DNA of 64,000 nucleotides, from assembly GCA_038850275.1 (NCBI GenBank), contig JAWCLZ010000003.1, positions 28,194 to 92,193 of the forward strand. The letters run 5' to 3'. Source of the DNA: Methanocellales archaeon (GTDB lineage Archaea > Halobacteriota > JAWCLZ01). Position numbers and translations under genes: made by a program. This document shows, in pieces, positions 1 to 9,424 of this stretch. The notes beneath the pieces are model-generated. The model made no database searches. It saw only the letters and a program-made list of their open reading frames with translations, and was not told the origin of the DNA. The stretch's first letter is position 1; each line of letters opens with the position of its first letter.

Positions 1-263
1 GGAATGGTATACCAATAGAACTAGCTATAATTAATGCAAGCATGATCTGCACTATCAAGAATTCCAATGGCTCATAAATCACCATCTTCACTCCCTCTGG
101 AATGAGATATGCCCAGATTGCTGCGATGATTGAATTTGTAAATGGAAAAGCTAAAAATGCAATTACAATGAATACAACTACCACTCTCAGCATTCGATTT
201 CGAAGCTCAATTATATGTTCCAGCAGTGGCATTTTCTTATCAGATGGCAGATCTGGACTCATC
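1..263 (-). CDS. tatC: Twin-arginine translocase subunit TatC, N-terminal part; gene runs off the window start
   Basis: Reverse-strand translation from ATG at 263-261 gives MSPDLPSDKKMPLLEHIIELRNRMLRVVVVFIVIAFLAFPF..., the conserved TatC N-terminus. The frame is open to position 1. It is absent from the ORF track because it is truncated. Confidence 0.7.
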
Positions 264-325
264 GCTAGCATTTATGCAGGCGAAAAGAAATAAGTTTATT
301 GTTTTTCAAGAATTGTTGCAATAAA

Positions 326-1108
326 CTATTTGCCCTTGAACTGTGCTTTCCGTTTTTGCATATAGGCAAGCATGCCTTCTTTTTGATCTTCAGTTGCAAA
401 GCACTTTCCAAATAGCTCAACTTCAAGTTTAAATCCCGAGGTTATGCTTTTATTTAAACCCTCATTTATAGCCTCCTTAGCATATCTCACCGCTAGAGGC
501 GCATTACTCGCGATTTTATTTCCAATTTCTCTAGCAGTCTCCATCAATTTATTTAGAGGTACAACTTTATTCACTAAACCAATTCTCTCAGCCTCTTTTA
601 CATCTATCCTATTACCAGTGTAGATGAGCTCCTTCGCCTTGCCAATTCCAATCCACCTAGCAAGCCGCTGAGTTGCACCCCAGCCAGGGCATATTCCTAA
701 TGTAACTTCAGGCTGGCCAAAGACTGCGTTTTCGCTAGCAATTATAATATCGCAGGCAATTGCAATTTCACATCCCCCTCCTAAGGCATAGCCATTAACA
801 GCAGCAATCACTGGCTTCTTCATTGCCTCAAGTTTAGCAGTAACTCTATGTCCCAGTTCAGCAAATTTTCTAGCTTCATCTATATTTTTATCCTTCATCT
901 CAGTTATATCTGCACCTGCTATAAAAGCGCGGTCACCGCTCCCTGTCAATATCACTACTTTGGTCTCGCTATCTTTATCAATTTGATCCAGTGCTACCTC
1001 GAGCTCGAGCAATGCCTTGCTATTGAGGGAGTTGAGCTTTTCAGGTCTATTTATCTTCAATATCGCAATGCCTTCTTCTTTCTCGATTAAAATGTTTTCA
1101 AACTGCAT
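326..1108 (-). CDS. Enoyl-CoA hydratase/isomerase (crotonase family)
   Basis: 260 aa with a crotonase-fold oxyanion-hole region (AAVNGYALGGGCEIAIACD) and a typical N-terminus ILKINRPEKLNSL. Confidence 0.85.
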   Translation of the reverse strand: MQFENILIEKEEGIAILKINRPEKLNSLNSKALLELEVALDQIDKDSETKVVILTGSGDRAFIAGADITEMKDKNIDEARKFAELGHRVTAKLEAMKKPVIAAVNGYALGGGCEIAIACDIIIASENAVFGQPEVTLGICPGWGATQRLARWIGIGKAKELIYTGNRIDVKEAERIGLVNKVVPLNKLMETAREIGNKIASNAPLAVRYAKEAINEGLNKSITSGFKLEVELFGKCFATEDQKEGMLAYMQKRKAQFKGK

Positions 1109-1164
1109 ATTAACACCACTTTGATCCTGAATTTTTTTATATTTAAACTATAGAGTAGTAAACT

Positions 1165-2301
1165 ATGAAGCCAGAGGTTTTTTTCACAAATGCTCGAGCA
1201 GCTGTTGTAGAACTTGAAAAGTGGTATCAGCCTGAGCTTAGTTTAGTGAGCAAGCTTGAGCGCTTAATAACTAAAAGCCAAGTTCTTGATATCGTTGAAA
1301 AAGGAGACATGGTTGCTTTGAAAACACATTTTGGAGATCGTGGAAATACAAAGATGCTGCGCTCTATATTTATTCGAAAAGTCGCAGAGATGGTGAGAGA
1401 AAGAGGAGCTATGCCATTTGTAACCGAGACCACGGGCTTGGGTATGATTAGAGATCGAAACTATGCAACTGGCAGAATTCAAATAGCTATGGAAAATGGC
1501 TATACCTATGAAACCCTCTCCGCGCCGATAATAATAGCAGATGGCCTTAAAGGATTTGACTATGTGGAGGTTGAAGTTAAAGGCTTGCAGCTTAAAAAAG
1601 TTTATATTGCAAAGGCAATTGCAGAAGCAGATAAGCTAATCTCACTGGCGCACTTCAAAGGCCACTTCAGAAGCGGTTTTGGAGGGACTTTGAAGAACAT
1701 TGGAGTTGGCTGCGTGGCAAAGCCAAGCAAATATGATATTCACATCTACGATCTACCCAAGATAGATAGAGAAAAATGCAACCAGTGCCTCGAGTGTGTA
1801 AAAATTTGCCCGACCAATGCAATTACAAGTCGAAATAATGAGATCGAGTTGATCAAAGAACGCTGCATCCGCTGCTTGGGCTGCTATGAAGTTTGCAAAT
1901 CCAATGCCATTCAAGTAGAGTGGACAATAGGTAGAGATATAGCCGAGCGAATAATTGACTGCGCAAATGCAGTGATCAAGCTTAAAGGCAGAGAGAACTT
2001 TGCTTTTTTGAACTTCTTAGTAGACATAACGCCCCACTGCGACTGCCACCCCTATTCAGATCTCCCAATAGTCCCAGATTTAGGCATAGCTGCTTCAAGG
2101 GAAATTCTATCTCTAGAGAAGGCCTCAATTGATTTGATAAATAGCGCTCCCACAATTCAAGGATCACTTGCGAGTTTGCAAGCGGGAATCGAGGACAAAT
2201 TCCACGCTACTTTCAACTGGAATCACTCTAAATATCAACTTGAGGCAGCGAAGAAAAGTGGATTAGGCACTTTTGATTATGAATTAATATCTATAGATTG
2301 A
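1165..2301 (+). CDS. DUF362-family protein with an inserted 2x[4Fe-4S] ferredoxin domain
   Basis: Two CxxCxxCxxxCP motifs (CNQCLECVKICP and CIRCLGCYEVCK) lie inside a DUF362-like scaffold. Confidence 0.65.
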   Translation: MKPEVFFTNARAAVVELEKWYQPELSLVSKLERLITKSQVLDIVEKGDMVALKTHFGDRGNTKMLRSIFIRKVAEMVRERGAMPFVTETTGLGMIRDRNYATGRIQIAMENGYTYETLSAPIIIADGLKGFDYVEVEVKGLQLKKVYIAKAIAEADKLISLAHFKGHFRSGFGGTLKNIGVGCVAKPSKYDIHIYDLPKIDREKCNQCLECVKICPTNAITSRNNEIELIKERCIRCLGCYEVCKSNAIQVEWTIGRDIAERIIDCANAVIKLKGRENFAFLNFLVDITPHCDCHPYSDLPIVPDLGIAASREILSLEKASIDLINSAPTIQGSLASLQAGIEDKFHATFNWNHSKYQLEAAKKSGLGTFDYELISID

Positions 2302-2314
2302 GATATAGATTGAG

Positions 2315-3040
2315 ATGAAACTCAAGGTAGGCTGCTGTGGGTTCCCCAAGGGTAGAAAGCAATATTATCAGCATTTCAATATAGTGGAACTTCAGAGTAC
2401 TTTTTACTCCCTCCCAGAGCTTGAGCTTGTGAAGAAATGGAGAGCAGAAGCCCCAAGTGATTTTGAATTCACAGTAAAAGGCTCGCAGTTAATCACCCAT
2501 TCCCCTGAGAGTCCAACTTATCGCAGGGTAAAGCTTGAGATAGGTGAAAAAGATAGAGGTAAATATGGACTTTTTAAACCAACGCCAGAAGTATTCAATG
2601 CTTGGGAGCAGACGCGCAAGATCTGCGAAGTATTGAAAGCGAGGATAGTAGTGCTTCAAACCCCAGCTAGCTTTACTCCAAGCGAAGAAAACCTAGCTAA
2701 TATGCATAGTTTTTTCTCAAGCATAGAAAAAGGAAGCTTGGAAATCGCATTAGAACTACGGGGGAAATGGGAAAGCAGTGTTATCAAGCAGCTCTGCGAG
2801 AAATATGATTTAATTCACTGCGTTGATCCATTTGCTTCGCAACCTATTCATTTGAAGCAAACCCTATATTTCCGATTGCATGGATCGCCACCTGGTAAGA
2901 AGATGTATAGCTATAAATATAGCGAAAACGACTTGAGATTGCTGCAGCTAAAAATCAAGAGCTATATGGACAAAGAGATATACTGCATGTTTAACAACAT
3001 TGCAATGTGGGACGATGCACTGCGATTCAAGGAACTATGA
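2315..3040 (+). CDS. DUF72 family protein
   Basis: N-terminal KVGCCGFP motif and the length are typical of DUF72. Confidence 0.55.
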   Translation: MKLKVGCCGFPKGRKQYYQHFNIVELQSTFYSLPELELVKKWRAEAPSDFEFTVKGSQLITHSPESPTYRRVKLEIGEKDRGKYGLFKPTPEVFNAWEQTRKICEVLKARIVVLQTPASFTPSEENLANMHSFFSSIEKGSLEIALELRGKWESSVIKQLCEKYDLIHCVDPFASQPIHLKQTLYFRLHGSPPGKKMYSYKYSENDLRLLQLKIKSYMDKEIYCMFNNIAMWDDALRFKEL

Positions 3041-3082
3041 TAAGCAAAAGTTTTATGGTTTCAGCTACACCATGAAAAACTA

Positions 3083-3155
3083 GGGCTCGTGGTCTAGAGG
3101 TTATGACGTCGCCTTGACGAGGCGGAGTTCCCCGGTTCGAATCCGGGCGAGCCCA
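3083..3155 (+). tRNA. tRNA-Val (anticodon GAC)
   Basis: Hand-folded cloverleaf. Acceptor stem GGGCTCG pairs with CGAGCCC. The anticodon arm TCGCC-TTGACGA-GGCGG carries GAC at positions 34-36. T arm is CCCGG-TTCGAAT-CCGGG, discriminator A. No CCA is encoded and a T-run follows. Confidence 0.85.
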
Positions 3156-3174
3156 TTTTTGATTGGAGATTTTA

Positions 3175-3564
3175 ATGAAAATTTATATAAAGATTTATAT
3201 AGATGGAGGGGTTAAGGGGCATCAATTCAAAAATAAAAGAACTGGTTTTATCGCTTTAGTTTTAAACAGTGAAGAGATAGTTGAAGAAGTTGGAGCAGTG
3301 ACCAATAATCAAGCTGAATATCTCGCTTTAATAAAAGCACTTGAAATAGCTATTCAGAGAAAAATTCCAAGAGTGGAAGTGCTATCTGATAGCGAGTTAT
3401 TGATAAAGCAGATGAAGAACCTATATAAAGTGAGGAGTGAGAATTTGATCCCGCTTCATAAAAAAGCTAGGGAATTAATTTTAAAACTTGATTCATTTAA
3501 AATGACGTGGATACCAAGGGAGCAAAATTTAGCTGGCAGAGTGCTAAGTAGAAAAATATCGTAA
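3175..3564 (+). CDS. rnhA: Ribonuclease HI (type 1 RNase H)
   Basis: IYIDGG...NNQAEYLALIKALE is the RNase H fold signature. ATG at 3175 is preferred over the TTG at 3163 used by the ORF track. Confidence 0.7.
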   Translation: MKIYIKIYIDGGVKGHQFKNKRTGFIALVLNSEEIVEEVGAVTNNQAEYLALIKALEIAIQRKIPRVEVLSDSELLIKQMKNLYKVRSENLIPLHKKARELILKLDSFKMTWIPREQNLAGRVLSRKIS

Positions 3565-3581
3565 AAAAGGAGGTGAAAAAT

Positions 3582-3734
3582 TTGGAGAGAAATGTAACAG
3601 AGATTAGGATTCCTTGGATAGAGGCAATTAAATTCTGGCTAGCAGGCGTGATAGCGATGATAATCGTCTGGGTAATAGTATTGCTTTTCTTCATATCAAT
3701 GTTCATACCAATTATCAGTAGAGCAAGATGGTAA
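3582..3734 (+). CDS. Small single-pass membrane protein, about 50 aa, TTG start
   Basis: A strong SD (AAGGAGGTGA at 3568-3577) lies 4 nt before TTG at 3582. Translation is ERNVTEIRIPWIEAIKFWLAGVIAMIIVWVIVLLFFISMFIPIISRARW. It is below the ORF-track size cutoff. Confidence 0.25.
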   Translation: MERNVTEIRIPWIEAIKFWLAGVIAMIIVWVIVLLFFISMFIPIISRARW

Positions 3735-3812
3735 AAATAGGCAAGAATAAGTTAAAAAAAGGAATTATATTTAATCATAAATATAGAAATTAAATAGCAT
3801 TTTGCATTTAAA

Positions 3813-4199
3813 TTAAAATGATAAGTTGATCACCTCATCAGCACTGCTTATAACCACTTCCCTCTCTCCTTTGTATTCCTGCACTAATCCATATGCTCGA
3901 ATTCTATCCCCAATTTTAATTCTCTTAGCAAGCTCTTTTGCACCAGCACTCTTGGGTATATAGAGCTTGATATTCGTGGAGTTTGAATTCAACTCTATTA
4001 TTAGATTCTCCCCTGTTTTAGTTGGCTGCTTTGCAATCACAACCCCCGTAGCAGATACTCGCTGGCCTACTCTAGAGCTATTTGAATACTCTGGGGCTTC
4101 GCCTTTAGCAGCTGGAAGTAAATAGAAGAGCGAGAGCGAGGCCAATGAAATGATTAATAGCAATACTATTATTCTCTCCTCTTTTTGAAGCATGTTCAA
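3813..4199 (-). CDS. Membrane-anchored OB-fold protein
   Basis: An N-terminal TM helix is followed by an OB-fold-like domain, GQRVSATGVVIA...IKIGDRIRAYGLV. Confidence 0.45.
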   Translation of the reverse strand: MNMLQKEERIIVLLLIISLASLSLFYLLPAAKGEAPEYSNSSRVGQRVSATGVVIAKQPTKTGENLIIELNSNSTNIKLYIPKSAGAKELAKRIKIGDRIRAYGLVQEYKGEREVVISSADEVINLSF

Positions 4200-4306
4200 A
4201 CATCTATGCTCAAATACTTAAATGTATTTTTTTGCAAATTACTCCATTTAAATCGAAACCTTCTTTATATGTTAAGAGTAATTAATAATTGGAGGCTTAT
4301 CAAAAA

Positions 4307-4615
4307 GTGGGCACTGACATCTGCACCGTCTGTGGTTTGCCCAAAGAGCTCTGCATATGTGAGGAGGTTGCGAAGGAGCAGCAAATCATTAGCGTAAAAG
4401 TCAATCAGCGGAGATATGGCAAAGAAGTTACTGTTATTGAAGGCTTGAACCCCAACGAGATCAACCTTCAGGAATTAGCGAGTTTTCTTAAAAGCAAACT
4501 TGCTTGCGGAGGCACTATTAAAAATGGCGTGATAGAGCTGCAGGGCAATCACAGGGAAAAAGTGAAGGAGATACTCACCAGCAAGGGATTTTCTGCTGAG
4601 CAAATAAAAATATAA
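4307..4615 (+). CDS. Translation initiation factor SUI1/aIF1 homolog
   Basis: SUI1 domain ([23 protein letters not shown]) with an N-terminal Cys cluster. GTG at 4307 lies 11 nt after GGAGG. The ORF track starts at TTG 4289. Confidence 0.8.
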   Translation: MGTDICTVCGLPKELCICEEVAKEQQIISVKVNQRRYGKEVTVIEGLNPNEINLQELASFLKSKLACGGTIKNGVIELQGNHREKVKEILTSKGFSAEQIKI

Positions 4616-4671
4616 AGTAACTTTTCAACAAGAAAAATATAAAACTTGGCTCAGCTATAGCAATTAGAAGA

Positions 4672-7362
4672 ATGGATTGGTATTCAAAGAGTATAGAAGA
4701 ACTATTTGTATTATTCAACACAAGTAAGCAAGGTATAACTCAAGAGCAGGCTAAGCAAGCTCTTTTGAAATATGGTTTTAATAAATTAAAGGAGAAGCCA
4801 AAGCCTCATCCCATAATTAAATTCATTGGGCAATTCAAGAGCGTGCCAATTTTAATGCTCATTGCCGCTACTTTTATTCTAGTGCTATTAACCATCTTCA
4901 CGCCTGAGAATAGACTCACTGATGCCATTGTAATTTTAATAGTGATTTTTCTAAATGCAATAATGGGCTACATTCAAGAGGCAAGAGCTGAAAAAGCCAT
5001 GGAGGCTTTGAAGAGGCTCACCAGTCCCAAGGCAAAGGTATTGAGAGATGGCGTGGAGAAGGTAATTGATGTCAAAGAAGTTGTACCTGGAGATATTTTA
5101 CTGCTTGAAGAAGGTGATAGAATACCAGCTGATGGTAGAATTTTGGAATCCCATAATTTAGAAGTAGATGAATCTATGCTCACTGGCGAATCCACTACTG
5201 TTAGAAAAGAAGCAGTTTCACTAGCGGGTAAAGTGCCCATTGCAGATCAAGTAAACATGGTTTTCATGGGCACCATAATTACCAGAGGAAGAGGGAAAGC
5301 TATCGCTGTTGCAACTGGTATGGATACAGAGATAGGTAGAATTGCAAGGTTCATTCAAGAAGAGGAGGAAGAGGAAACACCTCTGCAGCGAAGGCTGAAT
5401 TCAATGGGAAAGCAAATTGGAGCAATTGCACTTGTTGCGATGGTAGTGCTCTTCTCAATAGACATGCTAATACCCCCAAGTAATCTAATTGAGGGATTTT
5501 TGCTTGCTGTGAGCCTCGCAGTTGCAATTATTCCGGAGGGACTGCCAATTGTAACCCTAGTTACTCTAGCTGTTGGCATGCAGATTATGGCTAAGAAAAA
5601 CGCGGTCATAAGGAGGTTAATGTGCGTTGAAACCCTAGGCTGCACTACAGTGATCTGCTCAGATAAAACAGGTACGCTAACTAAAAATGAAATGACCCTT
5701 AGAGAAATGCATATCGCTGGAAAGCGCTATCGAGTTACAGGAGAGGGCTATTCCCCAGAAGGGGAGATCTTGAGCGATGGAGAAAAAGCAGACCTCAATG
5801 ATCCATCACTTAAAAGAGCGTTTGAAATCATGGCTCTCTGCAACAATGCACATTTGATAAAAGAAGGGGGAAAGTGGCACGCAGTTGGCGATCCAACTGA
5901 GGCAGCGCTAGTTGCAGCTGTGGGAAAGGCAAAGCTTAACCCCAAGGAATTGCGAGAAAAGCTTCCAAGAATAGAGGAGAAAATTTTCGACCCCAAGAGG
6001 AAGTATATGACAACTATTCACGCTATAGACAGCGAAGGCAAAATTGCTTTTATAAAAGGCGCTCCTGAGGTGCTACTTGAACTGTCGAAATATATTTTGG
6101 AAAATGGGAGAACTAGGGAAATCACTGAGAGCGATAGAAAAGCAATTGAAAATATAAATCTCGAGTTCGCTTCTAAGGCATATCGCGTGCTCGCCATCGG
6201 CTACAAGCAACTTGGGCAGAGTGAAATGAGTGAGATCGAGAAGGACATGACCCTCGTGGGGATACTTGGAATAGCGGATCCACCTAGGAGTGAGGCAAAG
6301 CGAGCAATAGATCAATGCAGAGAAGCAGGGATTAAAGTGGTGATGATAACTGGGGATCAAAAGAGCACTGCAATTGCAGTGGCAAGAGAACTGGGATTGA
6401 TAACTGGAGATGGCAAGGACAAGGTGCTAACTGGCTGGGAGTTGGATCAAATGGATGATGAGGAGTTCAAAAAGATCGCTGGGGAAGTCAGAGTCTACGC
6501 TAGGGTTTCACCTGAGCATAAGATGAAGATCGTGAATGCATTGAAAAGCAGAGGAGAGATAGTGGCAATGACAGGCGATGGCGTGAACGATGCACCCGCG
6601 CTCACCAAATCAGATATAGGAATCTCCATGGGTATCTCTGGCACGGATGTGGCGAAGGAAGCGAGCGATATGGTGCTCATGGATGATAACTTTGCCAGCA
6701 TAGTTGCAGCAGTTGAGGAAGGGAGGAGGATCTATGATAATATTAGAAAATTCATTAGATATCAACTCTCCACCAACGTTGGAGCAATTCTACTGCTTTT
6801 TCTAGCCACAATTCTCGTGCCATATGCAATACCGATGTACCCAGTTCAATTGCTATGGATAAATATAATGATGGATGGACCACCAGCAATTGCACTTGGC
6901 CTAGAGCCAGCTGATAAAGAAATAATGAAGCGCCCCCCTCGGGATCCAGAGGAAAAGATATTATCTAGTGCGATTTTGAAAGCGATCTTCTTGAATGGAT
7001 GTATAATGGGTCTAGGTGCTTTCCTCCTCTTCTACTGGGCCTACTATTTCAGTGGTCATAGCGATGCCGCGAGATATGCTCAAACCACGACTTTCACAGG
7101 CTATGTTATTTATCAAATGTTCAATGTATTCAACTGCCGATCCCTAGAGAGATCTATTTTTAGCATTGGCTTAACTTCAAATAAATTCCTACTTTTAGCT
7201 GTTTCTACTTCAATTTTCCTTCAAGTGTTGGTAGTCTATGTTCCTTTGTTTAATATTCTCTTTCACACCGTTCCCCTTAAACTAGAGGACTGGGTAGTAA
7301 TACTCATAGCTGCTTCTTCGGTTTTAATCCTTGAGGAGATTAAAAAAGCAATTATTCACTAG
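4672..7362 (+). CDS. P-type cation-transporting ATPase (P2/SERCA-like)
   Basis: 896 aa with TGES, DKTGTLT (phosphorylation site), KGAPE and TGDGVNDAPAL motifs, plus about 10 TM helices. Confidence 0.9.
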   Translation: MDWYSKSIEELFVLFNTSKQGITQEQAKQALLKYGFNKLKEKPKPHPIIKFIGQFKSVPILMLIAATFILVLLTIFTPENRLTDAIVILIVIFLNAIMGYIQEARAEKAMEALKRLTSPKAKVLRDGVEKVIDVKEVVPGDILLLEEGDRIPADGRILESHNLEVDESMLTGESTTVRKEAVSLAGKVPIADQVNMVFMGTIITRGRGKAIAVATGMDTEIGRIARFIQEEEEEETPLQRRLNSMGKQIGAIALVAMVVLFSIDMLIPPSNLIEGFLLAVSLAVAIIPEGLPIVTLVTLAVGMQIMAKKNAVIRRLMCVETLGCTTVICSDKTGTLTKNEMTLREMHIAGKRYRVTGEGYSPEGEILSDGEKADLNDPSLKRAFEIMALCNNAHLIKEGGKWHAVGDPTEAALVAAVGKAKLNPKELREKLPRIEEKIFDPKRKYMTTIHAIDSEGKIAFIKGAPEVLLELSKYILENGRTREITESDRKAIENINLEFASKAYRVLAIGYKQLGQSEMSEIEKDMTLVGILGIADPPRSEAKRAIDQCREAGIKVVMITGDQKSTAIAVARELGLITGDGKDKVLTGWELDQMDDEEFKKIAGEVRVYARVSPEHKMKIVNALKSRGEIVAMTGDGVNDAPALTKSDIGISMGISGTDVAKEASDMVLMDDNFASIVAAVEEGRRIYDNIRKFIRYQLSTNVGAILLLFLATILVPYAIPMYPVQLLWINIMMDGPPAIALGLEPADKEIMKRPPRDPEEKILSSAILKAIFLNGCIMGLGAFLLFYWAYYFSGHSDAARYAQTTTFTGYVIYQMFNVFNCRSLERSIFSIGLTSNKFLLLAVSTSIFLQVLVVYVPLFNILFHTVPLKLEDWVVILIAASSVLILEEIKKAIIH

Positions 7363-7544
7363 CCAAGTTCCCTGCCCATTCTTCGCTTCATTCTCTTTAT
7401 CATTGCAATTTGTTCTTGGCAGAGCTTGCAAACTTCTTGAGTGAAGCTCCCGCATTCCTTGCAGAAGGGGGATGCGCAGTATAGGCATTCGATTACCTGT
7501 TCTACTTCCCTTTCACATATCCTGCAAATAGGCAATCCCATCAC
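7359..7544 (-). CDS. Small zinc-ribbon protein
   Basis: 61 aa with four CxxC pairs (CRIC, CLYC, CKEC, CKLC). It is convergent with, and overlaps, the ATPase stop. Confidence 0.35.
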   Translation of the reverse strand: MMGLPICRICEREVEQVIECLYCASPFCKECGSFTQEVCKLCQEQIAMIKRMKRRMGRELG

Positions 7545-7550
7545 ACCAAT

Positions 7551-7922
7551 TTAAGATAAAAGTTTAACCCATTCCACAAGATCTTGACATCTCTCTGGAT
7601 CGCACTCTGCCCTGCAGCCTGCACATGGAGCAATGATATCTCCAGCTATTAGTAAATGATAGTTGGTTTTCCCCAGTTTTTCTTTCTCCTGCTGTTTAAC
7701 TGCAACTATTCTATAAGTTCTAACCCCATGCGCTGTTTCCCACTCCCGCTTAATCAAACCTTTGGATTCAAGAGCTGTAACTAAGCGCGAGCAAGCTCTG
7801 CTATCTATTTTCAATTTCTTCCAAAGCTCATTCTGTAGAATCCCGTTCTTCCTAGCCTTAATAAGCTTTAAAACATCTTCTTCGGTAACCTTTGACTTCA
7901 CTGAGTTTGTTTTAATCTGCAT
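7551..7922 (-). CDS. Winged-helix DNA-binding protein with a C-terminal Cys cluster
   Basis: wHTH-like core (LQNELWKKLKIDSRACSRLVTALESKGLIKRE) followed by a CAGCRAECDPERC tail. Confidence 0.5.
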   Translation of the reverse strand: MQIKTNSVKSKVTEEDVLKLIKARKNGILQNELWKKLKIDSRACSRLVTALESKGLIKREWETAHGVRTYRIVAVKQQEKEKLGKTNYHLLIAGDIIAPCAGCRAECDPERCQDLVEWVKLLS

Positions 7923-7929
7923 GAATACC

Positions 7930-8193
7930 TTATTCCTGCACTGGTATTATTAGCACTATATTATTCCCACGCAATACCACGGATCCCAGATTTCTCTTTT
8001 TCTCTCCATCGACTATTTCAGTTGTATCAGTTAAATATAGATTTAAATAGTCATCTGCACTTTCCAATTTGCCCTCAAGTATATTTTTCTCACCTTTCAT
8101 CTCCACTTGAATTCTGCTGCCAATCAATGTTTGCACTTTCTTATTTGGAAACAATAAAATCCCCCAACTTTTATTTATAATACCTGCTATCAT
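7930..8193 (-). CDS. Sm-like (LSm) archaeal protein
   Basis: Sm1/Sm2 features (IQVEMKGEKNILEGKLESADDYLNLYL and GSVVLRGNNIVLI). Confidence 0.65.
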   Translation of the reverse strand: MIAGIINKSWGILLFPNKKVQTLIGSRIQVEMKGEKNILEGKLESADDYLNLYLTDTTEIVDGEKKRNLGSVVLRGNNIVLIIPVQE

Positions 8194-8262
8194 AAACCTT
8201 TCTCTCGGCTGATTTCAATTTTAGAAAGCTTTTTACTAGATATACAAGTTTATTTATTTTTA

Positions 8263-8538
8263 ATGAGGGTTAAAGTTAAAACTTTTGCCAGCTTCCGGGA
8301 AATAATTGGCAAGCGGGAGGTCGAAGTGGAGTTAAAAGGCAATTCATCAGTCCGCGACCTCCTAGAGGAGCTTTGCAAGCAATACGATCTCCGAGCTCTG
8401 CTCTTCGAGGGGGATGCCCTGCAGAAATATATAAAAATACTTGTTAACGGCGAGGACGTGGTTTTCCTCCAAGGCTTAGATACAAAGCTAAAGAGTGGAG
8501 ATGAAATAGCTCTTTTCCCACCTGTTGCTGGCGGCTAA
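8263..8538 (+). CDS. MoaD/ThiS-type small archaeal modifier protein (SAMP), C-terminal GG
   Basis: 91-aa beta-grasp protein ending in ...FPPVAGG. Confidence 0.7.
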   Translation: MRVKVKTFASFREIIGKREVEVELKGNSSVRDLLEELCKQYDLRALLFEGDALQKYIKILVNGEDVVFLQGLDTKLKSGDEIALFPPVAGG

Positions 8539-8591
8539 AAATACTAAATTAGATAAAGGAGAGGCATAAAATTAAATGAAAGGTGACACCA

Positions 8592-9332
8592 ATGCAGCGC
8601 ATCATCGATTCCCATATCCATGCCTGCCCTATTAATAATCCCATTGAGCGGATTAAAAAAGAACTTAGAGAAGCTAAGATTGAAGAAGCAGTTTTGATAC
8701 CCTGGGTGAGGGATGAAGCGCTAGAGGGCGAGGGATTTGAGCGAGCAAATAGATATGTACTTGAAATTGCAAAGGCTGAGAAGGAAATGAAGTTCTATCC
8801 CTACTGTTCCATAAGTAGAGATTTAAAGCTGCCTGAGAACCACGAGGAATTCTATGGTGCAAAATGGCACTGCCTTGCTGATATCTATCACTCAGGCTGG
8901 GACTGGAGTGAGGTGAAGCAGCTAATTGAGCGCATCTATAGCGCGAGGTTGAATGTGTTAATTGAGGATAAATTTGAATTGGTATGCAAATTCATAAGCA
9001 TGTGCCCGGCTGATTTAACTATAATCATACCACACATGGGGATTCATCCCCACTATGAAGCAGGGGGTTTAATGGTGGATTTAAGAGTGCTTGGAAGAAG
9101 GTGGAAGATTTTAAAGGGATTGAAAAATGTTTATTTTGACACAGCTCTATCATCTGCAGTTATAATCCAAGATTGCATTGGAGAAGTAGGTTTAACAAGA
9201 GTACTCCACGGTTCTGACTCGCCCTTTGGAAGTATTCAGAGAGAGCTTATGCAAACGGATTTTGCATTGATAAAGCCTTATGAAAAAAGAGCAATTTTAT
9301 ATGAAAATGCATCAAGAATATTGAAGAAATAA
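8592..9332 (+). CDS. Amidohydrolase-2-like metal-dependent hydrolase (TIM barrel)
   Basis: N-terminal IDSHIHA metal-binding motif and later His/Asp residues (HGSDSPFG). Confidence 0.5.
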   Translation: MQRIIDSHIHACPINNPIERIKKELREAKIEEAVLIPWVRDEALEGEGFERANRYVLEIAKAEKEMKFYPYCSISRDLKLPENHEEFYGAKWHCLADIYHSGWDWSEVKQLIERIYSARLNVLIEDKFELVCKFISMCPADLTIIIPHMGIHPHYEAGGLMVDLRVLGRRWKILKGLKNVYFDTALSSAVIIQDCIGEVGLTRVLHGSDSPFGSIQRELMQTDFALIKPYEKRAILYENASRILKK

Positions 9333-9334
9333 AT

Positions 9335-9400
9335 GAAATAAAAGAAATAAAATAATAAAAAATAAAAATAAAAGAGATAAAAGAAATAAAACATCAGTCT
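9335..9400. terminator. A/T-rich low-complexity spacer between convergent genes
   Basis: On the minus strand this is a T-rich run directly after the cdc6 stop. Archaeal oligo-T terminators look like this. Confidence 0.3.
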
Positions 9401-9424
9401 TAAACTGTTGCACTTTTCAAATAT

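Noticed and set aside
102-293. 63-aa plus-strand ORF at the window start.
   Set aside because: It lies antisense inside the conserved TatC N-terminal coding region on the minus strand, so it is spurious.
4974-6701. Several 68-96-aa minus-strand ORFs (4974-5240, 5355-5645, 5748-5996, 6073-6360, 6495-6701).
   Set aside because: All are antisense within the P-type ATPase gene. They are Ser/Ala/Pro-rich, typical of reverse-frame artefacts.
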